A DNA stretch of 64,000 bases from an uncultured delta proteobacterium (GTDB taxonomy: Bacteria > Desulfobacterota > WTBG01 > CAIYCZ01 > CAIRTM01), in the NCBI GenBank assembly GCA_963804955.1, contig CAWDSQ010000007.1, forward strand, positions 288,001-352,000, given 5' to 3'. The notes beneath the pieces were generated by a model that saw nothing but the letters and a program-made list of their open reading frames with translations, did no database searches and had not been told where the DNA came from. Below, one piece after another: positions 51,526-61,516 of this stretch. Both the position numbers and the translations under genes were made by a program. Numbering within the stretch: the first letter of the stretch is position 1; every line of letters begins with the position of its first letter.

Positions 51526-52731
51526 TCATCTGTTCGACAGTTTTCTGCCAAGAATGCCCACCTTGGGAATAAATCCATGCCGCAACATGCTTACCTGTGC
51601 AAACCCGCCTTCACGAAACCAGGCGGTGACCTCTTCCTTGGTGTGGTGATACTGGAAAGGCGGCGACAGCCAGTCGAAATTCTCAAGAAGCCGAACGCGC
51701 CAGTCCGGGTGGGCGGAAAAGGTGCAATATTTTAAAAGCGGCACTGTGCCCAGCAGCGCAAGCAGGTAGCAGCAGGCATACAGCAGCCTGTGGGGCAGGA
51801 GGACGGTTAAGCGCCGGAGCGCATCCGAGCATTTCTCCCTGGTCAGCACCAGCAGCCAGTACAGTCTTTTTGCCCACGCAGACTCTACGAACCGGAGCCT
51901 CTCGGGCCGCAGCGGGTTGGACTCAAAAGCAGCATAGCCGCCCGCAGTGCCGTATACCCAGATGGACAGCATGCCGCCCGGCCTGACATACCGCGCTACT
52001 GACGCAAAGGCTTTGCGCGTATCGGGCGTATGGTGCAGCACGCCAAGGCTGTAAATAATGTCAAAAGACTCGGCATGAAAGGGCAGGCGCATCAGATCAG
52101 CCTGCACGATATGCACATTGGGCATATGCCCGGTAAGCTCGCTGGCCCGGAACACGCTTTCGCTCAGGTCCACGCCGATAACCTCACCGCCATGCGCGCC
52201 GGCAACCCGCGTAAAGCGGCCCATGCCGCAACCGGCGTCGAGCGTCAGCCTGCCGGCAAAGTCGGCCGGCGAAAGCTGCGTTTCCTCAATAAAAATTCCG
52301 CGCTCCTCATCTTCAAAGCAGGCAGGATAGCGCATCCATTCATAGCCGAAGCGCTCCTGAGTTTTCTTCCCCTCCTGAGAAACAGGTGTGGAGCCTCCGG
52401 AGACATATGCCGGCACTGCAAAGCGCTCAGGATATGCAGCGTGAAGCTTCAGCAGCTGCGCGCTATCAAAAGGCAGCAAAACAGGAACCCCGCGCACTAT
52501 CGGAAACATCCGGCCGCATGCACAGTTCAAAATCCCATGGAGGATTTCCCTCCGGGCACAGTCCTCACAGCGGCCTTCAAGGGCTGAATCCTGCGCAGCC
52601 AGAAAGCATGCCTTGCACCGTGCTGCAGGCCCGCCTGTTCCCTGCACGCAGCGAGCCTCTTCAAAAACAGTCAATTGCAGAGGCCTCCCGCACAGGGGGC
52701 ACACCAGAAAATTAAGCAGACGATAGCGCAT
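51526..52731 (-). CDS. SAM-dependent methyltransferase with N-terminal Trm112-like domain
   Basis: LVCPLC...GILNCACGRMFPIVRGVP; FGYEW; LDAGCGMGR; SLGVLHHTPD; FDWLSP. Confidence 0.88.
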   Translation of the reverse strand: MRYRLLNFLVCPLCGRPLQLTVFEEARCVQGTGGPAARCKACFLAAQDSALEGRCEDCARREILHGILNCACGRMFPIVRGVPVLLPFDSAQLLKLHAAYPERFAVPAYVSGGSTPVSQEGKKTQERFGYEWMRYPACFEDEERGIFIEETQLSPADFAGRLTLDAGCGMGRFTRVAGAHGGEVIGVDLSESVFRASELTGHMPNVHIVQADLMRLPFHAESFDIIYSLGVLHHTPDTRKAFASVARYVRPGGMLSIWVYGTAGGYAAFESNPLRPERLRFVESAWAKRLYWLLVLTREKCSDALRRLTVLLPHRLLYACCYLLALLGTVPLLKYCTFSAHPDWRVRLLENFDWLSPPFQYHHTKEEVTAWFREGGFAQVSMLRHGFIPKVGILGRKLSNR

Positions 52732-52824
52732 ACACATCCCCCGTGCCGGTTTTGTTAAAAGTTCATCTTTTTCATCTGCAGCGTGTTGCAGAAAGGCTCC
52801 AGCCGTACTGCGGAACAACCGCGG

Positions 52825-53994
52825 CTATGCAGCCGGGCCTTTGACCAGGCGATCGTAGAGCTCCCCGTACTTCTGTGCCACTGTTGCCACTGCATAGTGC
52901 CGGCAGACCTTTTCCCGGGCATTTCTCCCGAGATCGGCAGCCCGCGCATCATCCTGTATAAGGGATTCGAGAGCTCCGATCAATTGCTCATCATTACCAC
53001 ACGGCACAAGAACCCCTGTTACGCCATCCTCGATAAGCGCTCTATTTCCGGGAATATCGGTTGCGATAACGGCAAGACCGGATGCCATCGCTTCAAGAAC
53101 CGAGTTTGAAAGCCCTTCATATTCAGACGGCAGTATGAAAACATCCGCTGCCTGTAAAAAAGGCGCAATAGTATCAACCGTATTTACAATATGCACTTTT
53201 TCATTTAAAGATAACTGCTCGCACATCCTGCGGAGAAAAACGGCATCCGGGCCTTCGCCGATTATGTACAGGCAGAAAGGCCGGTCACAGTTGATTTTTG
53301 AAATCGCAGTGACCAGCCAATCAAGTTTTTTTTGAGCAAACAGTATGCGCCCCGTATACACAATAATCTTTCCATCAGGCATATGCAGCGATTGCCTGAG
53401 AGCTGCCCGGTTTTCAACGGGACAATAGGCTGCCGTGTCAACGCCATTGGTGATAGCGCATACCTGCTCAGCAGGATATCCGATACTGATAAACTCCTGC
53501 TGCACTTCTTCGTTTAAAGCAATAGCAGCGCCGGACTTTTTGCATCCGGCCAAAAACAGCCTGCCCAGCCATGACCGGCTATTCCTCTGAACATCACCTC
53601 CCTTGCCACTGCAGGCAAGCTTGAGAACAGAGGCCTTCCTGAGCGCTTTGGCCATCATCATTGCTACAGCGCCCGTGTACCCGACCTGAAATGAATGAAT
53701 AATATCATAGGATGATCTTTTTTTATAAAGATACACGACAAGGCTTATGAGAAACACTGCGGCGCCGATATATTTCAATGAAAGAGAAGGCAAACGGGTA
53801 ATACAAACAGAGCCTATTTTCTCCCGTGCAGGCCATGAGAGGTGTACCCTGCTTGTTATAACTTCGACGCGCCAACCCCTCTTGACAAGTGCTGAGGCTG
53901 CAGTAAGCGCCTGCTTTTCCATGCCCCCGATAAAAGGGTGAAAAGAGCGAATAACAAACAGCACCCTGCCGTTGGCGGCATTAGAAACCATCAT
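52825..53994 (-). CDS. Glycosyltransferase family 4
   Basis: FHPFIGGME, PSEYEGLSNSVLEAMASG. Confidence 0.92.
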   Translation of the reverse strand: MMVSNAANGRVLFVIRSFHPFIGGMEKQALTAASALVKRGWRVEVITSRVHLSWPAREKIGSVCITRLPSLSLKYIGAAVFLISLVVYLYKKRSSYDIIHSFQVGYTGAVAMMMAKALRKASVLKLACSGKGGDVQRNSRSWLGRLFLAGCKKSGAAIALNEEVQQEFISIGYPAEQVCAITNGVDTAAYCPVENRAALRQSLHMPDGKIIVYTGRILFAQKKLDWLVTAISKINCDRPFCLYIIGEGPDAVFLRRMCEQLSLNEKVHIVNTVDTIAPFLQAADVFILPSEYEGLSNSVLEAMASGLAVIATDIPGNRALIEDGVTGVLVPCGNDEQLIGALESLIQDDARAADLGRNAREKVCRHYAVATVAQKYGELYDRLVKGPAA

Positions 53995-54082
53995 AGGTAT
54001 CCATGCAGCGCTGCCATGCTGCTAAAAAAAGTTGCTGCAAAATACGGGCTCTCGTTCGCTGTATGCATTGTACAGGCTGCCA

Positions 54083-55441
54083 TCATATAACGGCAGCCAT
54101 ACCGGACGTCATATCGCCGCGGGTATCAGGCAGTTGTAAAGCATAGGTCAAGCCCATAAGAGCCCAAAAGGTTGGAGAAACACTGACAACGCTGAAGCTG
54201 AAAAAATCATTGACCATATACCCCGCATATCCGCTCAGGATAGCGCATAAAAGCATTCTCAACCGATTATCCCGCTCGCTTTTCAGCCTGCGCCACAGCA
54301 TCACAAAAAAAGATGCCATAACGCCGCAGTAGGCAAACAAGCCGAAAAGTCCCTGCCCAATGGCTATATCGATATAATTGTTGTGCGCGCGGTCAATGGC
54401 CCCCGGGGTCTTGAACCGTTTGAAACTTTCAACAGAAACGCCCTTATACACTTTCTCATGCGTATCAGGGCCGTAGCCGAACCAGGGCCGTTCCACTATC
54501 AAAGGCACGGATTTCCCCCATACAAAAAGCCTTGTTGCCGAGCCATGCCCCTGCTGCAGATTGAAGGCCGCTTGCGCCTTGGCGGCAATCCTGCTGCCGA
54601 TATTGAATGAGCCCAAACCGCTGGCGGTAACAAGCCCCAATACAAGAGCCGCGCCGGCAATCGCAGTAACCATACATACAAGATGCTTTTTTTGCCCGGC
54701 GCCGCCATATCGGAAAACCAGGCACGAAAAAAGCAGCGCTGAACAGGTACAACCAACCCAGCTTGCCCTGGCCATACTCAGCACAAGCGCCATCACGATA
54801 AAAGCAAGCGCGAAAGAGCACGTGAAATATGTTTTTTTTTCATTTTTATACAGGCAGTATCCAGCAAAAAGGGGCCCCGTAAGCACTAAAAACTTGCCGA
54901 GAAAATTTCCATTACCCATGGTGCTGTTGATCACATTGTTCACGTTAAATGAGTCAATAAAATGTCGTGTCGGATTAAAGCCAAGGTATTGCATGAGGCC
55001 GTAGAGCGCCACTAAAAAAGCGCTCACAAGCAGCCATTTTACAAGCTGCTCGGCCTGCAGGCGGGATTCAACAAGCCCGGCAAAAATGACAACCAGAGCT
55101 ACATAGGCCAGCAGCGTAAACAGCCCCTCATATCGCAAAAAATCACCGCGCAGACTCAGATTGCAGTCAATTGACAGGACGGTTGATATAACGGCCGAAC
55201 AGCCGTATAAAATCAAAAAAACAGTGGCCGCAAGCCCTGGCAGGGAGAACGCCTTCCTGAAAATACAAAATCGTGCAATCACAGCAGTGCAGATTATGCA
55301 TATCAATCCATAGACCGAATCAATTTTGGGCTGGTAGAAATAATCATAGGCAGTAGGGTTGACCATCAAAGGAACAAGAACCAATAGAAAAAAAAGGCAG
55401 ATATTAATTATGCTCTGTAGAATCATATGCAGGGAAGTCAT
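54083..55441 (-). CDS. O-antigen ligase family (Wzy_C) protein; candidate pilin O-oligosaccharyltransferase
   Basis: About 12 TM; STMGNGN, SMARASW, RLFVW..PWFGYG, DRAHNNYI; first gene downstream of pilA. Confidence 0.85.
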   Translation of the reverse strand: MTSLHMILQSIINICLFFLLVLVPLMVNPTAYDYFYQPKIDSVYGLICIICTAVIARFCIFRKAFSLPGLAATVFLILYGCSAVISTVLSIDCNLSLRGDFLRYEGLFTLLAYVALVVIFAGLVESRLQAEQLVKWLLVSAFLVALYGLMQYLGFNPTRHFIDSFNVNNVINSTMGNGNFLGKFLVLTGPLFAGYCLYKNEKKTYFTCSFALAFIVMALVLSMARASWVGCTCSALLFSCLVFRYGGAGQKKHLVCMVTAIAGAALVLGLVTASGLGSFNIGSRIAAKAQAAFNLQQGHGSATRLFVWGKSVPLIVERPWFGYGPDTHEKVYKGVSVESFKRFKTPGAIDRAHNNYIDIAIGQGLFGLFAYCGVMASFFVMLWRRLKSERDNRLRMLLCAILSGYAGYMVNDFFSFSVVSVSPTFWALMGLTYALQLPDTRGDMTSGMAAVI

Positions 55442-55732
55442 AGCAGGTGCTCACTCACGACAGAATTTTGCACGCGGGAAATCCTTAGAACAAAGCCCGG
55501 CTGAAGCTGCCCGATCTCCCTGGTAAGAACATACAAACGACGGGTTCGTATGTCAACAGCCAAAATGTTTGTATGCGAAAAATGAAAAAGAATCCCTCTG
55601 CTCAGATACATTCAGCCGTGGCGGCAGGCATACGGCAATTGCATCCCCTGTATCTGCGGTGCGCGGATACAGCCGGCATGGGCGGGTGCAGTAATGATGT
55701 TGTTTGGATTTTTTTCGAGCGCCTCATGCTGT

Positions 55733-55766
55733 AAAAAAAAACAGAGGCCCAGAGGGCCTCTGTTTT
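55733..55766 (-). terminator. Intrinsic terminator of pilA
   Basis: AAAACAGAGGCCC-N3-GGGCCTCTGTTTT followed by a T-run on the minus strand. Confidence 0.85.
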
Positions 55767-55791
55767 ACAAACCTCATACTGATTGTTGTTC

Positions 55792-56268
55792 TTACTGGGA
55801 CTGCTTTGTAACGCCAGTCGAGGTAACGACAATCATGGAGCCCTTCATATCATCGGGCACACCTAAACATACTACCTGGATCTCATACGTTGCGCACTCG
55901 GCAGCAGCAGTTCCATCACAAGCTGTTGCACCATCACCTTGTAAACCGCGATAATCAAAAGTCCCGAAGCCCTGTATAGTTGACGTAGTTGCAAGCGTAC
56001 CGCCGTTATTATTGCATATCGGGAAAAAATCAGTATAAGTACCTGCTAAAGCCGCCGTCGGGAACTGATTGCCCGGAGAGTCGACAGCATAACCGGCAAG
56101 GCAGCCTCTCATAGACTCAGATGTTGACACGCATGCAGCAACACGAGACTTATTACGATAGGCAATAAAGTTAGGCACTGCAATTGCAGCCAGAATACCG
56201 ATAATGGCCACGACGATCATGAGTTCGATCAGAGTAAAACCTTTTTCATTTCTTGTTTTGAGCATCAT
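55792..56268 (-). CDS. pilA: Type IVa major pilin
   Basis: KG|FTLIELMIVVAIIGILAAIAVPNF; downstream of pilSR with sigma54 promoter and own terminator. Confidence 0.93.
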   Translation of the reverse strand: MMLKTRNEKGFTLIELMIVVAIIGILAAIAVPNFIAYRNKSRVAACVSTSESMRGCLAGYAVDSPGNQFPTAALAGTYTDFFPICNNNGGTLATTSTIQGFGTFDYRGLQGDGATACDGTAAAECATYEIQVVCLGVPDDMKGSMIVVTSTGVTKQSQ

Positions 56269-56371
56269 TGTGTCTTCCTTCCATGTTTATATTTAATAAA
56301 GTTTTTAGGGTTTTAAAAATCGAATTTATTATTTGGTTTTGTTCCACCTCCTTTCGATGCATCTAAGCATT

Positions 56372-56387
56372 TGCAAAACCAATGCCA
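56372..56387 (-). promoter_or_regulatory. Sigma54 (-24/-12) promoter of pilA
   Basis: TGGCATTGGTTTTGCA = GG-N10-GC; AT-rich tract upstream; adjacent PilR enhancer-binding protein. Confidence 0.85.
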
Positions 56388-56508
56388 AAAATTAAATCAT
56401 ATTATTTATTTTAAAAAGTAATAAAAATATAAAAAAAATAATCCCTTAATGCCTTTAAATGTCACGGTGGAACAAAAAACGTCACCCCCGCTGTTCGCAC
56501 AGCTTATT

Positions 56509-56709
56509 TAGAGCATGTAACTAAAACTTGTAACCGAACATCAGAAAACAGTTGAGTGCGTTAGCTGTATAACGGCATATCTTGTCATTCCCGCTTGACG
56601 GGAATCTTTTTTGGTGTGCTGAAGAATGATTCCGGACAAGCCAGAGACCAAGGTCTATGTTGCTCGTAAACACATGAATACTGGTTATAGTGATTTGTTA
56701 CATGCTCTA
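56509..56709. mobile_element. MITE-like element with TAGAGCA termini and partial REP-like cargo
   Basis: Perfect TIR TAGAGCATGTAAC/GTTACATGCTCTA (1 nt different from the 27556 element); internal TGTCATTCCCGCTTGACGGGAATC...GATTCCGGACAAGCC. Confidence 0.75.
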
Positions 56710-56947
56710 AAGGCGCTTTCAAGTAAACAACCTCGCGCAATTCCAATTTCTTCTTACCCGGGATGTGGTGCACAGGGAAGCAGGTGACTGAGAACAGGTG
56801 CTTTAAGTTTCAGCAGGGTCTGTTAAAAAAGGTTCGGCGGCGATTCCCGGTTTGTATGTATATCAAAGCGGCTTGAGGCGGGCAGACATGAACGTATGCG
56901 AGGCGGGATTCTACAGCTACGGCGCCTGCGCGACGGGCATGCTGAGC

Positions 56948-58665
56948 TTACGCAGGAAAAAAAACCGAAAAGACAGCTCCTTTGCCTTCTTCACTTTCAA
57001 CGGCTATTGTGCCTTTATGCTCCTGTATAATTTTATAGACAATGGACAAACCAAGGCCGCTCCCCGAATCTTTGGTTGTAAAAAACGGATCGAAAATGCT
57101 GTTGATTTCCGACTTCTTTATTCCGCAGCCCTCATCGGCTATTTTAAGCACAACCCATGCCGCAGCGGGGGGGCGGCGGCAGGTTCACGGCTGCCGCTTT
57201 TTAGCGCAACAGGCTCACATCCATGCTCGACCGCAGCAGCAGTGAGCGTGATTGCGCCGCTTTTGTCCGTCATAGCCTGAGCGGCATTCAAAATAAGATT
57301 CCACAGAACCTGCTTTATTTGCTGACGGTTTGCTGTAATGGTGATCTGCCGGGGAATAAGCTGGCGGATGGATACACCGGGGCTGCATTCAATGCTGTTC
57401 TTAAAAAGATCGATAACCTCATCTGCAACCGTGTGCAAGACGACGCGCTCCTGCCCCGGAAGTTCTGCGCGCGCGTATTGCGTGAAATCAGAAATCAGGC
57501 TGCTGAGATTTTCACTCTCCCTGATAATGATGTCCATAAGGCGTTTATCTGCGGTCTCCAGCTGAAGGCTTTTTTGCAGTACCTGAATCGATCCGCTGAT
57601 CGAAGCGAGCGGATTTCTGACTTCATGGGCTATGCCGGCGGCAAGTCTGCCCACGGCAGCCAGCCGGTCTATTCTTTTTAAATGCTCCTGCATGTCCCGA
57701 AAATCGGTAAGATCCTGAAAAATAAGTATTGTGCCGATTTCGTCATTTGATCCGTCCTTGAGGCTGGCCCCCGAAAAACCCAGCCACAGGGACCGGCCGT
57801 CGCGCCTGAGAAACGTCATTTCAAAACCTGCTGTCAGGGAACTGCCGGGAAAATTTGACGAATGAGCTGAAACGGCAGTGGAAATTCCCGGGAAAATATC
57901 CTCTATCCCTTTCATATACGTTTGGTCAAACCTATAGCCGGTGATCGCTTCGGCTGCACGATTAAAAGTAATGATTTGGCGAAACTGATTAAGGCTAACG
58001 AGCCCGCTGGGAATATTTTCTATGATTTTTTCATTTAAAGCTTCAAGCTGCTCGAGATCGACCTGTTTTTTTTGAAGCTGCTGTCTTGATTTTCGTGCCT
58101 GCTCGGTCAAAAAGCTGCTCAGAACAGCAACGAGATAAAAAGCCGCGACATTAATGACGATGGGAAAAAACAAAGATTCCTGTTCGTATCCTGTCGCGGT
58201 AAAAGCGCCGATATGAAACGGTGAAATAATACGGTAATGCTCAAGGGTAATGAGCAGCGGAAAAAGAAAGCTTGCTGCGGTTGCCGCAAACAGGCCGCCT
58301 GAAATAAAAAGGCAGATGCTGGCTGCAATGATCTCGACGCTGTAGAGAAATGCAAAAATACTGTTGATGCCGCCGGTAATAAAAAGCAGCGTCGTAATTA
58401 AAAAAAGATCAACAATAATCTGAACATAGGCAAAAAGAACAAACCGCCTCAGAAAAGAAAGAAGAAAAGCATAGATGAAGGTCAGGGCAAATGCCGAGCC
58501 GGTAAGCGAATACAGGTAAATAAGATGCGGGGTAATAAAGGAATCGCTTCGGCGGAGCTGAGTTACTGTGGCGATGCCGAGAAAAAAAGCTGCCACCAGA
58601 ACTCTGAAAAGCATCAGCAGCTGGAGCTTGCTCTTCAGGCTATGGGTATCTTCATGTGCTTTCAT
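56948..58665 (-). CDS. pilS: Sensor histidine kinase PilS (frameshift near 57150)
   Basis: LMLFRV, TGGINS TM region; PAS; AHEVRNPL H-box; NLILNA; second frame DEGCG, FDPFFTTK, GLGL. Confidence 0.9.
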
Positions 58666-58708
58666 ACAATACCAGAAGCCGCACCATCTTCACCCGGCAT
58701 AGGCGCTA

Positions 58709-60122
58709 TCAGTCCTTGTTGAGAAGGCTCTCATCAATGGCAAGCTTCTGAATCCGGTAGCGCATCGACCGCAGCGTTATTCCCAGAAGCTTCGCTCCCC
58801 CCTTGACAGACCCTTTTGATTGTTTCAGCGCTTCTTCAACATAGCCCTTTTCATAGCTCTCGACGAGCTCATCAAGCTGAACGCCGTCCCGCGGAATGGT
58901 GACATTCTCCCTCGGCAGAAGCCGTTGCCGGGCGGTTCTCCCCGGCGCCGCTTGAGCATGACACACCGAGACCCTCCGGAAGCATAATACTGGTAGTTGA
59001 CAGCGCAACGCCGCGCTCTATGATATTTTCAAGTTCGCGGATATTGCCTGGAAAATCATGCCGCATCAGGCAGTCAAGGGCAAAATCCGATATTTCGCTC
59101 ACATTTTTCCCGGTTTCGCGGGCAGACCGTTCGAGAAAATACCGCGCCAGCAGCGGAATATCTTCCCGTCGCTCGCGAAGAGGCGGCAGAGCTATATTGA
59201 TGACATTCAGCCGGTAGTACAGGTCTTCGCGAAACGACCCCTCTGAAACCTTTTGTGCAAGATTTTTGTTTGTAGCCGAGATTATCCGCACGTCAACCTT
59301 GATTTCTTCCGTGCCGCCCACGGGCGTAAATGTTTTTTCCTGCACCATGCGCAGCAGCTTCACCTGCAGCGAAAGCGGCAATTCGCCCACCTCGTCAAGA
59401 AAAAGCGTGCCGCCGTGAGAAGCCTCGAGAAAACCCATTTTATCCTTAATGGCCCCGGTAAAAGCCCCCTTTTTATAACCAAACAGTTCGCTCTCAAGGA
59501 GCGTCTCGGGGATGCCGCCGCAGTTGATAACGATAAACGGCAGCCCGGAACGATTGCTCCTGCTGTAAATAGCCCGCGCCACCAGTTCCTTCCCCGTGCC
59601 GCTCTCGCCGGTGATGAGAACATTGCTCTTTACCGAAGCCGCCCGTCCGATCAGGTCAAGAACCTTTTTCATCGACGGGCTCTGGCCGATCATGCCGCAG
59701 GAGTTGTCCTGTTGATTCCCGGAAGCATCTTCGCCTGAAAGCCGTGGGTCGACTGCCTGTGCTCTCTTATCAAGAGCCGCATCAATTTTGCGTTTTATGT
59801 CCTCGACATAAAACGGCTTGGTTATATAGTCATAGGCGTCTTCATGCATAGACTCCCGGGCCGTCTCATAAGATGCAAATGCCGTAATCATGATAAAAAT
59901 CGTGTGCGGTGAAAAATCCCGCACACGCTGCAGAAGGGTGATGCCGTCCATCCTGGGCATTTTAATATCGGCAATAACGACATCAAAGGGCTCCTGCTCA
60001 CAGCGGGCAAGCGCATCCAGGCCGTCGGAGGCGCACGAGACGTCATAGCCCTCACGCTGGAGATATATCTCCAGCATCTCACGTATGCTCTTTTCGTCAT
60101 CAACAACCAGAATTTTTGTCAT
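58709..60122 (-). CDS. pilR: Sigma54-dependent response regulator PilR (frameshift near 58950)
   Basis: Receiver ILVVDD, DIKMP; GESGTGKE, GAFTGA, FPGNIRELEN; HTH LLGITLRSMRYR. Confidence 0.92.
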
Positions 60123-60232
60123 ATGCAGGTCTTCCATGACGGGCGAAATTGCCCGGCCGAAGGGTCGAGCGCCGGCCCCCCTGTACCCGCCATCAGCATA
60201 GCACAGAAAGCGGCATGAATACAGTCGCGGTA

Positions 60233-61513
60233 TCAGCCCGCACAGGAATAAACAATAGAGCCGGCGACGATAGTATAGGCTGCGCACCCTTTAAAACGTC
60301 TGCCGAAGAAAGGTGAATTGCTGCTTTTCGAGCACAGACGTTCTTTGTCAAACACATACTCTGCTTGCGGATCGATGATGGTAATATCGGCATCACAACC
60401 GGACTGAATATGCCCCTTCGGCAGATGCAGAATGCGCGCGGGGTTGATCGTGTATTTCTCAAGGGCCTGCATAAGCGTCAGCACTCCTTCAGCAACAAGC
60501 GACAGCGTCAGGGGCAGCGAGGTTTCAAGACCGATCATGCCGAATGCGGCATTGTCGAACTCCACATCCTTTTCAAGTGAGGAGTGCGGGGCATGATCGC
60601 TTGCAATAACATCCAGGGTCCCGTCCCGGAGCCCCTGCCGGATAGCCTCCAGATCCTGCTGCGTGCGCAAAGGCGGATTGACCTTCGTAGCAGTATCAAA
60701 GGAAGCCACAGCTTCATCAAGCAAGGTAAAATAGTGCGGGGCTGTTTCTGCGGTCACGGCAATGCCCCGGGCTTTTGCCTCCCGTATAATGCGGACCGAG
60801 CCGGACGTGCTCACATGGGCTATGTGGACCGGGTGGCAGACCCACTCGGCAAGAGCTATCTCGCGGGCCACGATCAGCTCTTCGGCGGCGGGAGCTATAC
60901 CCCGCATGCCCAGGCGGGTCGAAACGATGCCCTCATGCATCACGCCCCTGGCCGCAAGATCGGCGTCTTCGCAGTGGCACAGGACCGGGAGAGAAAATGT
61001 TTTTGCATACTCGATGCAGCGCCGCATGACCTCAGCGCTTTTGACCGCTTTCCCGTCATCGGAAAGCGCGACAATGCCAGCCTCCTTCATATCTCCATAC
61101 TCGGCAAGCGCGTCGCCTTTCAGGCCCCTGGTAAGGGCGCCAACGGGATACACGTTGACGCATGCCTCTGCGCGGGCTTTATTCACAATAAAGTTGGTTA
61201 CCGAGGCATTGTCATTGACGGGGCTGGTGTTGGGCATGCACGCTATGGCGGTAAACCCGCCTGCCGCCGCGGCACGGGCTCCTGTCTGTATGGTTTCCTT
61301 GTACTCCTGCCCGGGCTCGCGCAGGTGCGTATGCATGTCGATAAGGCCGGGCGCCACAAGCAGCCCTGCGGCGTCAATGACCTGCATGCTGCCGGCTTCC
61401 TCAATCTGGGGGCGCAGCTCAACTATTTTCCCGTCATCGATCAGCACATCAAGACGCGCATCGGTTCCCGATGCAGGATCAAGCACGCGACCGTTTTTAA
61501 TAAGCAGCGACAT
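60233..61513 (-). CDS. pyrC: Dihydroorotase (type I)
   Basis: DMHTHLREPG, CMPNT, KVNPPLR, ASDHAPH. Confidence 0.96.
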   Translation of the reverse strand: MSLLIKNGRVLDPASGTDARLDVLIDDGKIVELRPQIEEAGSMQVIDAAGLLVAPGLIDMHTHLREPGQEYKETIQTGARAAAAGGFTAIACMPNTSPVNDNASVTNFIVNKARAEACVNVYPVGALTRGLKGDALAEYGDMKEAGIVALSDDGKAVKSAEVMRRCIEYAKTFSLPVLCHCEDADLAARGVMHEGIVSTRLGMRGIAPAAEELIVAREIALAEWVCHPVHIAHVSTSGSVRIIREAKARGIAVTAETAPHYFTLLDEAVASFDTATKVNPPLRTQQDLEAIRQGLRDGTLDVIASDHAPHSSLEKDVEFDNAAFGMIGLETSLPLTLSLVAEGVLTLMQALEKYTINPARILHLPKGHIQSGCDADITIIDPQAEYVFDKERLCSKSSNSPFFGRRFKGCAAYTIVAGSIVYSCAG

Positions 61514-61516
61514 AAT

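Noticed and set aside
55792..56268. Conductive e-pilin
   Set aside because: Long pilin (148 aa mature), about 12 aromatics (~8%) by hand count, with a 30-residue aromatic-free C-terminus; it does not meet the usual heuristic.
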